Shown here: positions 29,129-38,551 of the stretch, one piece after another
How the letters are laid out: each line of letters begins with the position of its first letter
Numbering within the stretch: the first letter of the stretch is position 1
DNA from: a candidate division WOR-3 bacterium
Lineage (GTDB): Bacteria; Hydrothermota; Hydrothermia; LBFQ01
DNA length: 64,000 nucleotides
Assembly: GCA_039802605.1 (NCBI GenBank)
Contig: JBDRWW010000006.1
Coordinates: 32,001 to 96,000, forward strand
Reading direction: 5' to 3'
Made by a program: the position numbers and the translations under genes
The notes under the pieces: generated by a model
The model's input: the letters and a program-made list of their open reading frames with translations, nothing else
The model's database searches: none
Told to the model about the DNA's origin: nothing

Positions 29129-30505
29129 ATGTTAATACTTCTATTAACCGATGCGCCATTTGGCCCAAATGTTAAGGTTTCAAACTGGGATATTAGCACG
29201 GGATTGGATCAGCTTGAAGTATCCCTTGCCAAGAGCTCTTCTTGGATAGCGGCTCATTGGATAGATACGGATTGGTCCGGATGGTTTTCCGCCAACGATT
29301 TTGCTATAAGTTCCGATGGTGGCTCTACATGGAAGTTCGTATGGTATATCAGACCCCCTGACACCGTAAACTGTTGGATAGGGGATCCATCCGTCGCTTC
29401 CGATCCCACAAATCCGGACAAGTTCTACGCAGTGGGTATGATATATTGCAACCCTTCAGATCCCAAAGGTGAGGTTTATTTCTGTAAAAACACCGGAAGG
29501 CCTGATACGATTACCAGTTGGAGTTGTTCCATACTCCCCCCTAACGACGGCTGGGCATACTTTAAGGATAAACCTTGGATAATATCACTGGGTGGGGGTG
29601 TTCTCCTTGTAAATTACACTACCGACAAGTACGGAAGTTATGAAATAGATATAGCCCGGAGTACGAATGACGGTTCAACTTGGAATACAATAAGGCTATC
29701 TGGGGTACAATCAACGGTTGCATACTTTTACAGGGATGGTTCAACTGTTTATCTATCCCAAAACAACTTTAACTCTTGGCCTAATATAGCCATAAGGGTT
29801 AGGAAATCAACGGATAACGGAGCTACTTGGACATCCTTAGGGGATGCGGTCAGTTTTAGTCCGGGCTCTTCAACATATTGTCCAAACTTTAACAGACCAG
29901 CAAAGATACACAACCATATAACCGCCCAAGGCAACAATATAGCCGTTGCCTTTATAAAACCCAACGGTTCTTATTGTAATGTAGGTGTGGCATATTCAAC
30001 GAATGGGGGTTCTACTTGGAACAACAAATATGTGGCACAGGCATCAATCGATCAGGTTCTCCCAATGATTGCGAGTTCTTCCCCTTCAAATCTATATGTT
30101 ATGTGGCAGGAAAAGGTTGGGAGTCAATGGGCCACAAAGTGGGCGTCTTCAAGCAACTGGGCAACAACCTTCTCCTCGCCGGGTAGGGTATCCGATCATA
30201 ACTATACATTTAACCAAAATCCGGCCGGCCATGACTACAACGGTTTCCTATACGATGCGGGCAATCTCTTTGCCATATGGGCAAACGACTATTACGGAGA
30301 TGATGCGGGAGCTGTTTATTTTACTAGAACCGCATATACATCCTTAGAAGAGGCTTTGGATAATGGGATTGCCGGGGAATTTGATATATATACCGTTGAT
30401 GGAAGGGTTGTTGCAAGAAATGTCAAAAACTTAAAAGAAATGCACCTGCCAAATGGTGTATATTTCTTAAAGACGGGAACGCGGGTTATAAAGGTTGTAA
30501 GATAA
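29129..30505 (+). CDS. BNR/Asp-box beta-propeller (sialidase-like) protein with T9SS-type C-terminus
   Basis: Asp boxes SSDGGSTW, STNDGSTW, STDNGATW, STNGGSTW; GDPSV; DKPWI; C-terminal IYTVDGR...LPNGVYFL. Confidence 0.82.
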   Translation: MLILLLTDAPFGPNVKVSNWDISTGLDQLEVSLAKSSSWIAAHWIDTDWSGWFSANDFAISSDGGSTWKFVWYIRPPDTVNCWIGDPSVASDPTNPDKFYAVGMIYCNPSDPKGEVYFCKNTGRPDTITSWSCSILPPNDGWAYFKDKPWIISLGGGVLLVNYTTDKYGSYEIDIARSTNDGSTWNTIRLSGVQSTVAYFYRDGSTVYLSQNNFNSWPNIAIRVRKSTDNGATWTSLGDAVSFSPGSSTYCPNFNRPAKIHNHITAQGNNIAVAFIKPNGSYCNVGVAYSTNGGSTWNNKYVAQASIDQVLPMIASSSPSNLYVMWQEKVGSQWATKWASSSNWATTFSSPGRVSDHNYTFNQNPAGHDYNGFLYDAGNLFAIWANDYYGDDAGAVYFTRTAYTSLEEALDNGIAGEFDIYTVDGRVVARNVKNLKEMHLPNGVYFLKTGTRVIKVVR

Positions 30506-30510
30506 CCATA

Positions 30511-30531
30511 AGGGGGGTATCCCCCCTTTTT
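30511..30531 (+). terminator. intrinsic terminator
   Basis: AGGGGGG-TAT-CCCCCCT followed by a T tract. Confidence 0.8.
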
Positions 30532-30571
30532 CCACAAACATAAAAATCAACTATATAATACCCAGTCGTAT

Positions 30572-30645
<74 letters not shown>

Positions 30646-30648
30646 TTT

Positions 30649-30816
30649 ATGGCTAAAAAGGCACAGGGTAGGCATACGGTAGGTTTGAAGTGTGGTGAAT
30701 GCGGGCGTTTTAATTACGCTATAAGCAAAAACAGGGCGAACAGGAAAAAATTGGAGTTGCGCAAGTACTGCAAGTGGTGCAAAAAACATACAATCCATAC
30801 GGAGGGTAAGATATGA
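30649..30816 (+). CDS. rpmG: 50S ribosomal protein L33 (Zn-binding type)
   Basis: LKCGEC...NY...LELRKYCKWCKKHTIHTE. Confidence 0.94.
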   Translation: MAKKAQGRHTVGLKCGECGRFNYAISKNRANRKKLELRKYCKWCKKHTIHTEGKI

Positions 30817-31049
30817 ATATTGTAAAGCAAATAAAAGAAACCTTTGCAAAGTTTTTCAACATAATAATCAATTTGCCCGATTTTCTTGAAGGGATGAAAG
30901 ATGAGATAAACCGTTTAACATGGCCTGATTGGAACAGCATAGTCGTCGGGACGGTAGGGGTAATAGCCATTTCGCTATTTACCACCGTTTTCGTGTGGAT
31001 TTCGGACTTCATAATTTCCCGTATATTGATGATGATAATAGGGGGTTAG
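30813..31049 (+). CDS. secE: preprotein translocase SecE
   Basis: FLEGMKDEINRLTWP plus a single TM; lies between rpmG and nusG. Confidence 0.88.
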   Translation: MNIVKQIKETFAKFFNIIINLPDFLEGMKDEINRLTWPDWNSIVVGTVGVIAISLFTTVFVWISDFIISRILMMIIGG

Positions 31050-31051
31050 TC

Positions 31052-31963
31052 GTGACTGGGCAAAAAACCTGGCTTATATTTTGGACTAGGGGTGGAGAGG
31101 AATTAAAAACCAAGGAAAAAATAGAAAAACTTGTAAGAGATTTAAAATTGCAGGATAAAGTTGAAAAGGTGTTCGTACCCACCACTAGAACCACAAAATA
31201 CAATAAAAAGAGGGTAAAACCCAAACTTTACGATATAGTGATAAACAATTTCCCAAAAGATTTACCCTTAGAATTTCCTAAACTAATATCGGCGTATCCC
31301 TTAGGGTTTAAGGGTAAGTTGGCTGGGGGCATTGGGTACGACTACGAAGAAATTTCGAAGAACACTTATAGACTTAAGAAGTTGGACAGGAGTAGGTTAT
31401 CGGATATATTTAAAAACCTGTCCGAAAGGGGATTAAAACCCGCTATATTGGGTGTTAAGGAAAAGGAAAGTGAAGAATTGATGAATAAACTATCATCTAT
31501 GGGTTTCTCGGTTGAAAGGGTAAAAAGCGCGTTAAAACCCCAAGCTCATGAGATAGAAACACAGCCGATGGTGGTTGAAAAGCCCATGTACAAAGGTTAT
31601 ATTTTCATCTTTATGGAAGAGGATCAAGCCGTTATAGACAAAATAACCCAAATCATATCAAACACGAGGCCGATTAGGGCAACAGATCCTGCCACGGGTT
31701 TGCCCGTATATATACACGCCAGTGAGGAAGATATAAAGAAGATAGAGGAGCTGATGGCCAGGCAGGAGAGGGAAAAGAGTAGAGAGGCACCGTTTGTGAA
31801 AGGTGATAAGGTGAAAATTACCGAAGGCACTTTGAAGGGTAGAGAGGGTGAAGTGGTTGATGTGGATCTGGATAAGGGGGTTTTGACGGTTAGGGTAAGC
31901 CTTTTTGGAAGGCCACAAGAGGTTCCGGTAAAATTTACGCAGGTTGAAAGATTAGAAGTATAA
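31052..31963 (+). CDS. nusG: transcription factor NusG with large inserted domain
   Basis: TW...[20 protein letters not shown] domain GDKVKITEG...VSLFGR. Start inferred at GTG 31052. Confidence 0.9.
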   Translation: MTGQKTWLIFWTRGGEELKTKEKIEKLVRDLKLQDKVEKVFVPTTRTTKYNKKRVKPKLYDIVINNFPKDLPLEFPKLISAYPLGFKGKLAGGIGYDYEEISKNTYRLKKLDRSRLSDIFKNLSERGLKPAILGVKEKESEELMNKLSSMGFSVERVKSALKPQAHEIETQPMVVEKPMYKGYIFIFMEEDQAVIDKITQIISNTRPIRATDPATGLPVYIHASEEDIKKIEELMARQEREKSREAPFVKGDKVKITEGTLKGREGEVVDVDLDKGVLTVRVSLFGRPQEVPVKFTQVERLEV

Positions 31964-31977
31964 AAAAGGGGGAAAAT

Positions 31978-32418
31978 ATGGCCAAAAAACCTAAGAAGGA
32001 AGTGGTTGCAAGGGTAAAACTGCAACTACCCGCGGGGCAGGCAACTCCTGCGCCACCCGTGGGTCCCACCTTGAGTCCATACGGGATAAATTTGATGCAG
32101 TTTGTTAAGGCATTTAACGACGCCACAAGGGATAGAATGGGTTTAATCATACCCGTTGTCATAACCATTTACAAAGACAAGACATTTGATCTTGAATTTA
32201 AAACTCCCCCCGCATCGGTACTCCTTAAAAAAGCCGCCGGTATAGAAACAGCCGCCCACAATCCCGGTAAGGAAGTGGTGGCAAAAGTTCCAAGGTCAAA
32301 GGTTATAGAAATAGCCAAAATGAAAATGCCCGATCTGAATACTACCGACCTTGAAGCCGCGATTAGGATGATAGAGGGTACGGCCAGAAGCTGTGGAATA
32401 CAAATAGTGGAGGGTTAA
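31978..32418 (+). CDS. rplK: 50S ribosomal protein L11
   Basis: [25 protein letters not shown]. Confidence 0.97.
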   Translation: MAKKPKKEVVARVKLQLPAGQATPAPPVGPTLSPYGINLMQFVKAFNDATRDRMGLIIPVVITIYKDKTFDLEFKTPPASVLLKKAAGIETAAHNPGKEVVAKVPRSKVIEIAKMKMPDLNTTDLEAAIRMIEGTARSCGIQIVEG

Positions 32419-32419
32419 A

Positions 32420-33145
32420 ATGGCAAAAATTGGGAAAAGGTACAGGAAGCTGCTGGAACTATACGATTTGACAAAGGAATACACTTTAAGGGAGGCGTGC
32501 GAGATGGTCAGGAATTTTCAAAGCGCAAAATTTATAGAAACCGTAGAACTCCACATGAAATTAAACATAGATGTCACAAAACCCGAGCAAAACATAAGGA
32601 TTCCAATAGTTTTGCCGCATGGGACCGGGAAAACCGTTAGGGTTTTGGTTTTAACAAGCGATCCCGATAAAGAAAAAGAGGCAAAGGAAGCCGGTGCAGA
32701 TTATGTAGGTTTCAAGGAGTATATAGAAAAGATTCAGAGCGGTTGGTTGGAGTTTGATGCCGTCGTTGCAACGCCCGAAGCCATGCGTGAGGTCGGGAAA
32801 CTCGGAAGAATATTAGGACCCAGGGGCCTAATGCCCAATCCCAAAACCGGAACCGTAACCACGGATATCGCACAAGTGGTTTCCGAACTCAAGAGGGGAA
32901 GGATTGAGGTCAGAAACGACAAATCCGGTAATGTTCATGTACCCATCGGCAAGACCGATTTTACACCGGAGCAACTTTACGAAAACGCTTTAACGGTATT
33001 TGAGGAAATCGTTAAACATCGTCCCAAAGGTGTTAAAGGGCAATTCATAAAAACCTCATATCTAACCACTACAATGGGGCCTTCTATAAAGTTGAATCTC
33101 GCGGATATTATGGATACACTTAGAAAGAGGGGGGTAATGGCATGA
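32420..33145 (+). CDS. rplA: 50S ribosomal protein L1
   Basis: LPHGTGK, LGPRGLMPNPKTGTV, TTMGP. Confidence 0.97.
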   Translation: MAKIGKRYRKLLELYDLTKEYTLREACEMVRNFQSAKFIETVELHMKLNIDVTKPEQNIRIPIVLPHGTGKTVRVLVLTSDPDKEKEAKEAGADYVGFKEYIEKIQSGWLEFDAVVATPEAMREVGKLGRILGPRGLMPNPKTGTVTTDIAQVVSELKRGRIEVRNDKSGNVHVPIGKTDFTPEQLYENALTVFEEIVKHRPKGVKGQFIKTSYLTTTMGPSIKLNLADIMDTLRKRGVMA

Positions 33146-33666
33146 AAACGAGGAAAGAAAAGGAAAAAATGCTAAAAGAATTAAAAGAAATAGCAGAAAA
33201 GGCAAAGGTTATAACCCTTTTTGACTTCAAGGGTTTAACCGTTCCCGAGATGAATGACCTAAGAAAGCGGATGAAGGAAAAGGGTTATGGTGTTAAGGTT
33301 ATAAAAAACAATCTTTTAAGGATAGCCCTTGAAAACAGGGTACCTGAGATAAAGGATGTACTCGTTGGGAATACGGCAATAATATTTTCCTTCGGTGATG
33401 AGGTTGAACCCATAAAAATATTTGCGGAATTTTCCGAGGAAGTTGGCAAGGGTGAGGTTAAAGGAGGGGTACTTTACGGAAGGTTTATAAGTAAGGATGA
33501 GGTTATAAGGTTATCAAAATTGCCCTCAACATCGGAGTTAAGGGCTAAGGTGGTGGGTGGATTGATGGCCCCAATTTATGGCTTGGTTTGGGGCCTTAAC
33601 GGTCTAATGGCAGGTTTGGTTTACGCTTTAAATGCAATTAAAGAAAAGAAAGAAAAGGAGGTATAA
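33142..33666 (+). CDS. rplJ: 50S ribosomal protein L10
   Basis: GLTV...LR, VIKNNL, LSKLPS; conserved position. Confidence 0.95.
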   Translation: MKTRKEKEKMLKELKEIAEKAKVITLFDFKGLTVPEMNDLRKRMKEKGYGVKVIKNNLLRIALENRVPEIKDVLVGNTAIIFSFGDEVEPIKIFAEFSEEVGKGEVKGGVLYGRFISKDEVIRLSKLPSTSELRAKVVGGLMAPIYGLVWGLNGLMAGLVYALNAIKEKKEKEV

Positions 33667-33668
33667 AT

Positions 33669-34055
33669 ATGACGGAGAAGAGGCTTTCCGTTGAAGAGAT
33701 AGTTTCTGCAATAGAAAATTTGACGGTTTTGGAGTTGGCCCAGTTGGTAAAGGCCTTGGAGGAAAAGTTTGGCGTTAGCGCCGCTGCACCGGTTGTTGCC
33801 GCACCGGTTGCAGGGGCTGCCCCCGCGGTCGAACAGGCCGAGGAAAAAACTTCCTTTGATGTGGTGTTGGTTGAAGCCTCCAATAAAATACAAGCCTTAA
33901 AGGTCGTTCGTGAAATAACAGGCTTGGGGCTTAAAGAGGCAAAGGATATAATTGAATCCCTTCCTAAGACCATAAAAGAGGGGGTTTCTAAGGAGGAGGC
34001 GGAAGAAATTAAAAAGAAACTTGAAGCCGCGGGTGCTAAGGTTGAGATTAAATAA
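33669..34055 (+). CDS. rplL: 50S ribosomal protein L7/L12
   Basis: [10 protein letters not shown] hinge, [21 protein letters not shown]. Confidence 0.97.
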   Translation: MTEKRLSVEEIVSAIENLTVLELAQLVKALEEKFGVSAAAPVVAAPVAGAAPAVEQAEEKTSFDVVLVEASNKIQALKVVREITGLGLKEAKDIIESLPKTIKEGVSKEEAEEIKKKLEAAGAKVEIK

Positions 34056-34073
34056 TTCCGTCGCGGAAAGTGT

Positions 34074-34101
34074 AGGGGAGGGGGATTCCCCCTTCCTTTT
34101 T
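34074..34101 (+). terminator. terminator/attenuator between rplL and rpoB
   Basis: GGGAGGGGG-ATT-CCCCCTTCC followed by a T tract. Confidence 0.7.
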
Positions 34102-34126
34102 AACATTAAATAGGAGGTGTTTTGTT

Positions 34127-37100
34127 ATGAAAGTGGTTAGAGTGGGAAAAGTTGAAGAAAAGTTTTTGCCAAACCTTTTGGAATTGCAAATAGCCTCATA
34201 CGATGATTTTTTGGGTAAAAGGTTTAACATTTTCTGGTCGTATGTGGGTAGGGTTGATCTCTTAGAGGGCTTTTTGCGTTCCCTTTCCGAGAATTATACA
34301 CTCGGTATAAAAGTTTTTAGGGGAACGGTTCAGGAAAGGGCTAAAAATGCCGAAGAGATTTTAAGTTTATTAAGGAAGGAGGTTAATCCAAACGCGAATA
34401 AGGAAGAAATCCCCAGACCAAATTCCTATTACATCATAATTCCGAAGGGGAAGTATTCGCAGGCGGTAATTAAAAGGTTGTTTGAAATTGCAAACGATTA
34501 TAACGCATCTTTGGGAATTATAGGTGTATCCACAAAAACAAGGGATGAAATGCTCGGTTTATCCAACGAAAGGGGATTTGTTGTAAATGTTGAGAATTCT
34601 TTCTTTGACCATTCCGAACCACGATCCACTATGAGTTTGAATCAAATATTTAAGGAAATGTTCCCCCTTCAAAGTACGGATGGAAGGGTTGAGATAGAAT
34701 ATTTGGATTATAGGGTGGGGGATCCCACATCAACACCCGAGGACGCCAAGAAAAGGGACTTAACATATTCCGTGCCGGTTCATATAAGGGTGTTTGAAAG
34801 GTTGTTTGATGAGGAGGGTAGGTTAGAAGAGGAAAGGTTGGATGTTGTGTATTTCACCGATATGCCCTATATGACCCCCAGGGGAACATTTGTAATCAAG
34901 GGGGTTGAGAGGGTTGTAATAAACCAAATACATAGGGCTCCTGGTGTGTATTTTGTTATTGAGGAGGAGGGGTTAAACAAAATCTTTAAAGCTATGATAA
35001 TCCCTTACAGGGGTCCTTGGATGGAGTTAAGGATAGAGGGGGAGAAAGGTATTTACTTTTTCCTAAGGAAGAGAAAGTTCTATCTTACGAGGTTTTTACG
35101 GTTCTTGGGGTTTGAAGGTTTTAGGGATATTGTAAATGTTGCCCTGGGACACCTTATACAGGAAAAATCGCTAAGTGAGGCCGAAGGGTATTACTTAGCG
35201 GAAGATATAATGGATGAAGATGGGGAAGTTATCATACCTATGATAAACGACAGGGGAGAACCCAAGGAAATAGACGAAAAGATCATTAAAAAATTGAAGA
35301 AATCAAAGAGAACAAAGGTTAAGGTTTTGGATCCTAGGGACCCGGCCGTTAACATAATCTTAAAAACCCTGAAGGATGATAAGATGAGGAGTAGGGATGA
35401 AGCCATAAGGTTCATATATAGGGCTATAAGGTTTGCTTCCGCAACAATTGAAAACGCCGAAGAGTTCCTGAGGCTTTACTTCTTCTCACCCGACCGCACA
35501 TACTTGGGTAAAGTTGGAAGGTATAAGATAAATACGAGATTGTATGAGAATGTAGTAAAGTATTTGAAGGATTTGGAAGGGTTTTCGGTTCCAAAACCGG
35601 ATGTTGAAAGTTTAACCGAGTTGGATTTCATAGTCGCCCTTAGGATACTCTTGGATCTATATAGGGGTGAGGGTGAAGAGGACGACATAGATGACCTCTC
35701 ACACCGTAGGATAAAGAGGGTTGGTGAACAGTTGTTTGAGTGGTGTAGAAACGAATTTATAAGAACCGCCAAGGGGATCAGGGAAAAACTAATAACCGAA
35801 AAGGAGCCTTTGAGAAATATTGTACACCCGAAAATAGTTTCCCGTTCGGTTATAAATTTCTTTACACAAAACAGCCTTTCCCAGTTGCTTGACCAGACGA
35901 ATCCTTTATCCGAATTAACCAATAAGAGAAGGATTTCCGCGATGGGTAAAGGTGGATTGACGAAGGAGACGGCAACTTTGGAGGTTAGGGATGTTCATCC
36001 ATCCCATTATGGTAGGATATGTCCTATTGAAACACCCGAAGGACAAAACATAGGTTTGATATTATCCCCAACGGTATACGCACGGGTAAACGAACTGGGT
36101 TTTATAGAAACCCCACTTGTAAAGGTTGAAAAGGGTAAAATCACGGATAAAGTTAGATACTTTGCCCCGCATGAGGATTACAACTTAAAAATTGCACCCG
36201 CCGATATAGAAATAGATCCAAAAACCAAGAGTATAAAAAAGGCAACAAATATAATTGTTAGGCACAAGAGGAGCTATATGTTTGCCAATAGGGAAGAAAT
36301 TGACTACATAGATTTATCGCCGAGACAGATAATATCACCTTCAACATCTCTAATACCCTTCTTGGAATACGACGATGCCAACAGGGCGCTAATGGGTTCA
36401 AACATGCAAAGGCAGGCGGTACCCCTCTTGGATCCCGAATCCCCCAATGTGGGAACTGGTATGGAGGAAAAGATAGCAGCGGATACCGGTTCTGTTATAT
36501 TCGCCGAGGAGGACGGCGAAGTTGTATATGTGGATTATTCAAAGATAATAATCCGTCCCGAAGGGAGTATATTTAACCTTAAAACTTATAACTTGCGTGT
36601 GTTTGAGAGATCTGGGCAGAATACCATAATACACTATGTGCCTAAGGTTAAGAAAGGTCAAAAGGTTAAGAAAGGTGATATATTGGCGGAAAACTTGGCA
36701 TCCGTAGGGGGAGAAATTTCCCTAGGGAGAAATTTAACGGTTGCTTTTGTTCCTTGGTACGGTTATAACTTTGAGGATGCCATTGTTATTTCCGACAGGC
36801 TTGTTAAAGAGGATAAGCTTACATCGTTGCATATATTGGAATTCACCTGCGAGGTTATGGATACGAAGTTGGGTCCAGAAGTCGTTACAAGGGAACCGTA
36901 CAAAGAGCATGAGGGAAACCTCCGCCATTTGGATCAATACGGAATAGCCAGAATAGGTGTTAAGGTGGGTCCAGGTGATATATTGGTTGGTAAGAATACT
37001 CCCCGTGAGGATAGAAAGTTCAGCGAGTTGTCTCCCGAGGAAAAGCTGTTAATATCTATATTCGGTGAGAAATCCAAGCCCTGGAAGAATACATCTTTAA

Positions 37101-38548
37101 GGGTACCTCCGGCGGTACACGGGATAGTGATAGGTGTTGAAGTGTTAACCAGGTATATTTCCGATGATCCCTTAGCTTACGGTATGCCCGGCCCTGGAAA
37201 CGAATTTATCCCAGGAGAACTGTATGTGGATCCCGAAGTCAGACCCGATTCGCCGCCGGATCCTTCAAGACCCATAGGTAGAAGGCAGAAAAAACTCTTA
37301 AACGAGATAAACCTAAAAATACAAAACCTCCGCGATACTTTAAGGGAAACATTGCAAAACATGTTAGCCGGAAAGACGGTTAAAAAACCCCTGTATGTTA
37401 GAAAGGGCGATAAACGACAAAAAGTCCTTGAAAAGGGTGAGGTTATAACCACGGAAACGATTAAAGAGATAGACCCATTGAAGCTCGTAATAGAGGATGG
37501 AACATTTGGTGATAAAAACTTGGAAAACGAGGTTGAGAGGATCCTAAGGGATGGAATGGAAAGTTATGAAAGCCTTATTCAGGAGTACGAAGAGGGTTTG
37601 GAGGCCATAAGGAGGGGGGATGAGCTCCCGGCGGGTATCAGACAGGTTATAAAGGTTTATGTGGCGCAAAAGAGGAAAATTAGGGTTGGGGATAAACTTG
37701 CAGGTAGGCATGGTAATAAGGGTGTGGTTTCCATAATAGCACCCGAAGCCGATATGCCCTTTATGGAAGACGGTACTCCTGTGGATGTCGTGCTAAACCC
37801 CTTAGGCGTACCTTCCCGTATGAACATAGGTCAGATATTGGAAACACTTTTGGGGTATGCCGCCGTTAAAAATACCGAAAAACTAAGGGATATGCTGAAA
37901 AGGAAAGAATCACCCGCAAAAATAAGGGAATTCCTGTTAGAACTTTATAAACCCCACAAAGATGAGAGCCTTAAGGAATGGTTAAAGGATGCCTCTTATG
38001 ACGATATACTTTACTTCGCCCAAGAACTCGCCGAGAAGGGCATAAAGTATGCTTGTCCCGCTTTCCAAAGCTTAAAGGTTGAAGAGGTTAAGGAACAATT
38101 GAAGCTCGCAGGGTTGCCGGAAGACGGTAAAATGAGGCTTAGGGATGGTAGGACGGGTGAATACTTTGATTATCCCGTAACGGTTGGAAATATGTATATT
38201 ATGAAGTTAATCCATATGGTTGAGGACAAGATACACGCCCGTTCCGTTGGTCCTTATTCATTGATCACCCAGCAACCCGTAGGTGGTAGGTCTCATATGG
38301 GAGGTCAGAGGTTTGGGGAAATGGAGGTATGGGCCTTAGAGGCGCATGGGGCGGCATACTCCCTGTGGGAGATGCTAACCATAAAATCCGACGATGTTAG
38401 GGGAAGGATAAAGACATACAAAGCCTTACGAGAGGGAACCGAGCCACCCTTACCATCAACACCCGCTACTTTTCAGGTTTTAACCAAGTTTTTAAGGGCT
38501 TTGGGTATTAACTTAGAAATTAAAAGGGGAGACGGAAAAAGGGGGTAA
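34127..38548 (+). CDS. rpoB: RNA polymerase beta subunit
   Basis: GTFVIKGVERV, RDVHPSHYGRICPIETPEG, GDKLAGRHGNKG, GQRFGEMEVWALE. Confidence 0.98.
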   Translation: MKVVRVGKVEEKFLPNLLELQIASYDDFLGKRFNIFWSYVGRVDLLEGFLRSLSENYTLGIKVFRGTVQERAKNAEEILSLLRKEVNPNANKEEIPRPNSYYIIIPKGKYSQAVIKRLFEIANDYNASLGIIGVSTKTRDEMLGLSNERGFVVNVENSFFDHSEPRSTMSLNQIFKEMFPLQSTDGRVEIEYLDYRVGDPTSTPEDAKKRDLTYSVPVHIRVFERLFDEEGRLEEERLDVVYFTDMPYMTPRGTFVIKGVERVVINQIHRAPGVYFVIEEEGLNKIFKAMIIPYRGPWMELRIEGEKGIYFFLRKRKFYLTRFLRFLGFEGFRDIVNVALGHLIQEKSLSEAEGYYLAEDIMDEDGEVIIPMINDRGEPKEIDEKIIKKLKKSKRTKVKVLDPRDPAVNIILKTLKDDKMRSRDEAIRFIYRAIRFASATIENAEEFLRLYFFSPDRTYLGKVGRYKINTRLYENVVKYLKDLEGFSVPKPDVESLTELDFIVALRILLDLYRGEGEEDDIDDLSHRRIKRVGEQLFEWCRNEFIRTAKGIREKLITEKEPLRNIVHPKIVSRSVINFFTQNSLSQLLDQTNPLSELTNKRRISAMGKGGLTKETATLEVRDVHPSHYGRICPIETPEGQNIGLILSPTVYARVNELGFIETPLVKVEKGKITDKVRYFAPHEDYNLKIAPADIEIDPKTKSIKKATNIIVRHKRSYMFANREEIDYIDLSPRQIISPSTSLIPFLEYDDANRALMGSNMQRQAVPLLDPESPNVGTGMEEKIAADTGSVIFAEEDGEVVYVDYSKIIIRPEGSIFNLKTYNLRVFERSGQNTIIHYVPKVKKGQKVKKGDILAENLASVGGEISLGRNLTVAFVPWYGYNFEDAIVISDRLVKEDKLTSLHILEFTCEVMDTKLGPEVVTREPYKEHEGNLRHLDQYGIARIGVKVGPGDILVGKNTPREDRKFSELSPEEKLLISIFGEKSKPWKNTSLRVPPAVHGIVIGVEVLTRYISDDPLAYGMPGPGNEFIPGELYVDPEVRPDSPPDPSRPIGRRQKKLLNEINLKIQNLRDTLRETLQNMLAGKTVKKPLYVRKGDKRQKVLEKGEVITTETIKEIDPLKLVIEDGTFGDKNLENEVERILRDGMESYESLIQEYEEGLEAIRRGDELPAGIRQVIKVYVAQKRKIRVGDKLAGRHGNKGVVSIIAPEADMPFMEDGTPVDVVLNPLGVPSRMNIGQILETLLGYAAVKNTEKLRDMLKRKESPAKIREFLLELYKPHKDESLKEWLKDASYDDILYFAQELAEKGIKYACPAFQSLKVEEVKEQLKLAGLPEDGKMRLRDGRTGEYFDYPVTVGNMYIMKLIHMVEDKIHARSVGPYSLITQQPVGGRSHMGGQRFGEMEVWALEAHGAAYSLWEMLTIKSDDVRGRIKTYKALREGTEPPLPSTPATFQVLTKFLRALGINLEIKRGDGKRG

Positions 38549-38551
38549 AAA

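Noticed and set aside
30929..31051. 41-aa N-terminal extension of NusG in the ORF track
   Set aside because: It overlaps secE in another frame. NusG homology starts at GTG 31052.
34215..34630. Intein in rpoB
   Set aside because: No intein terminal residues or LAGLIDADG motifs.
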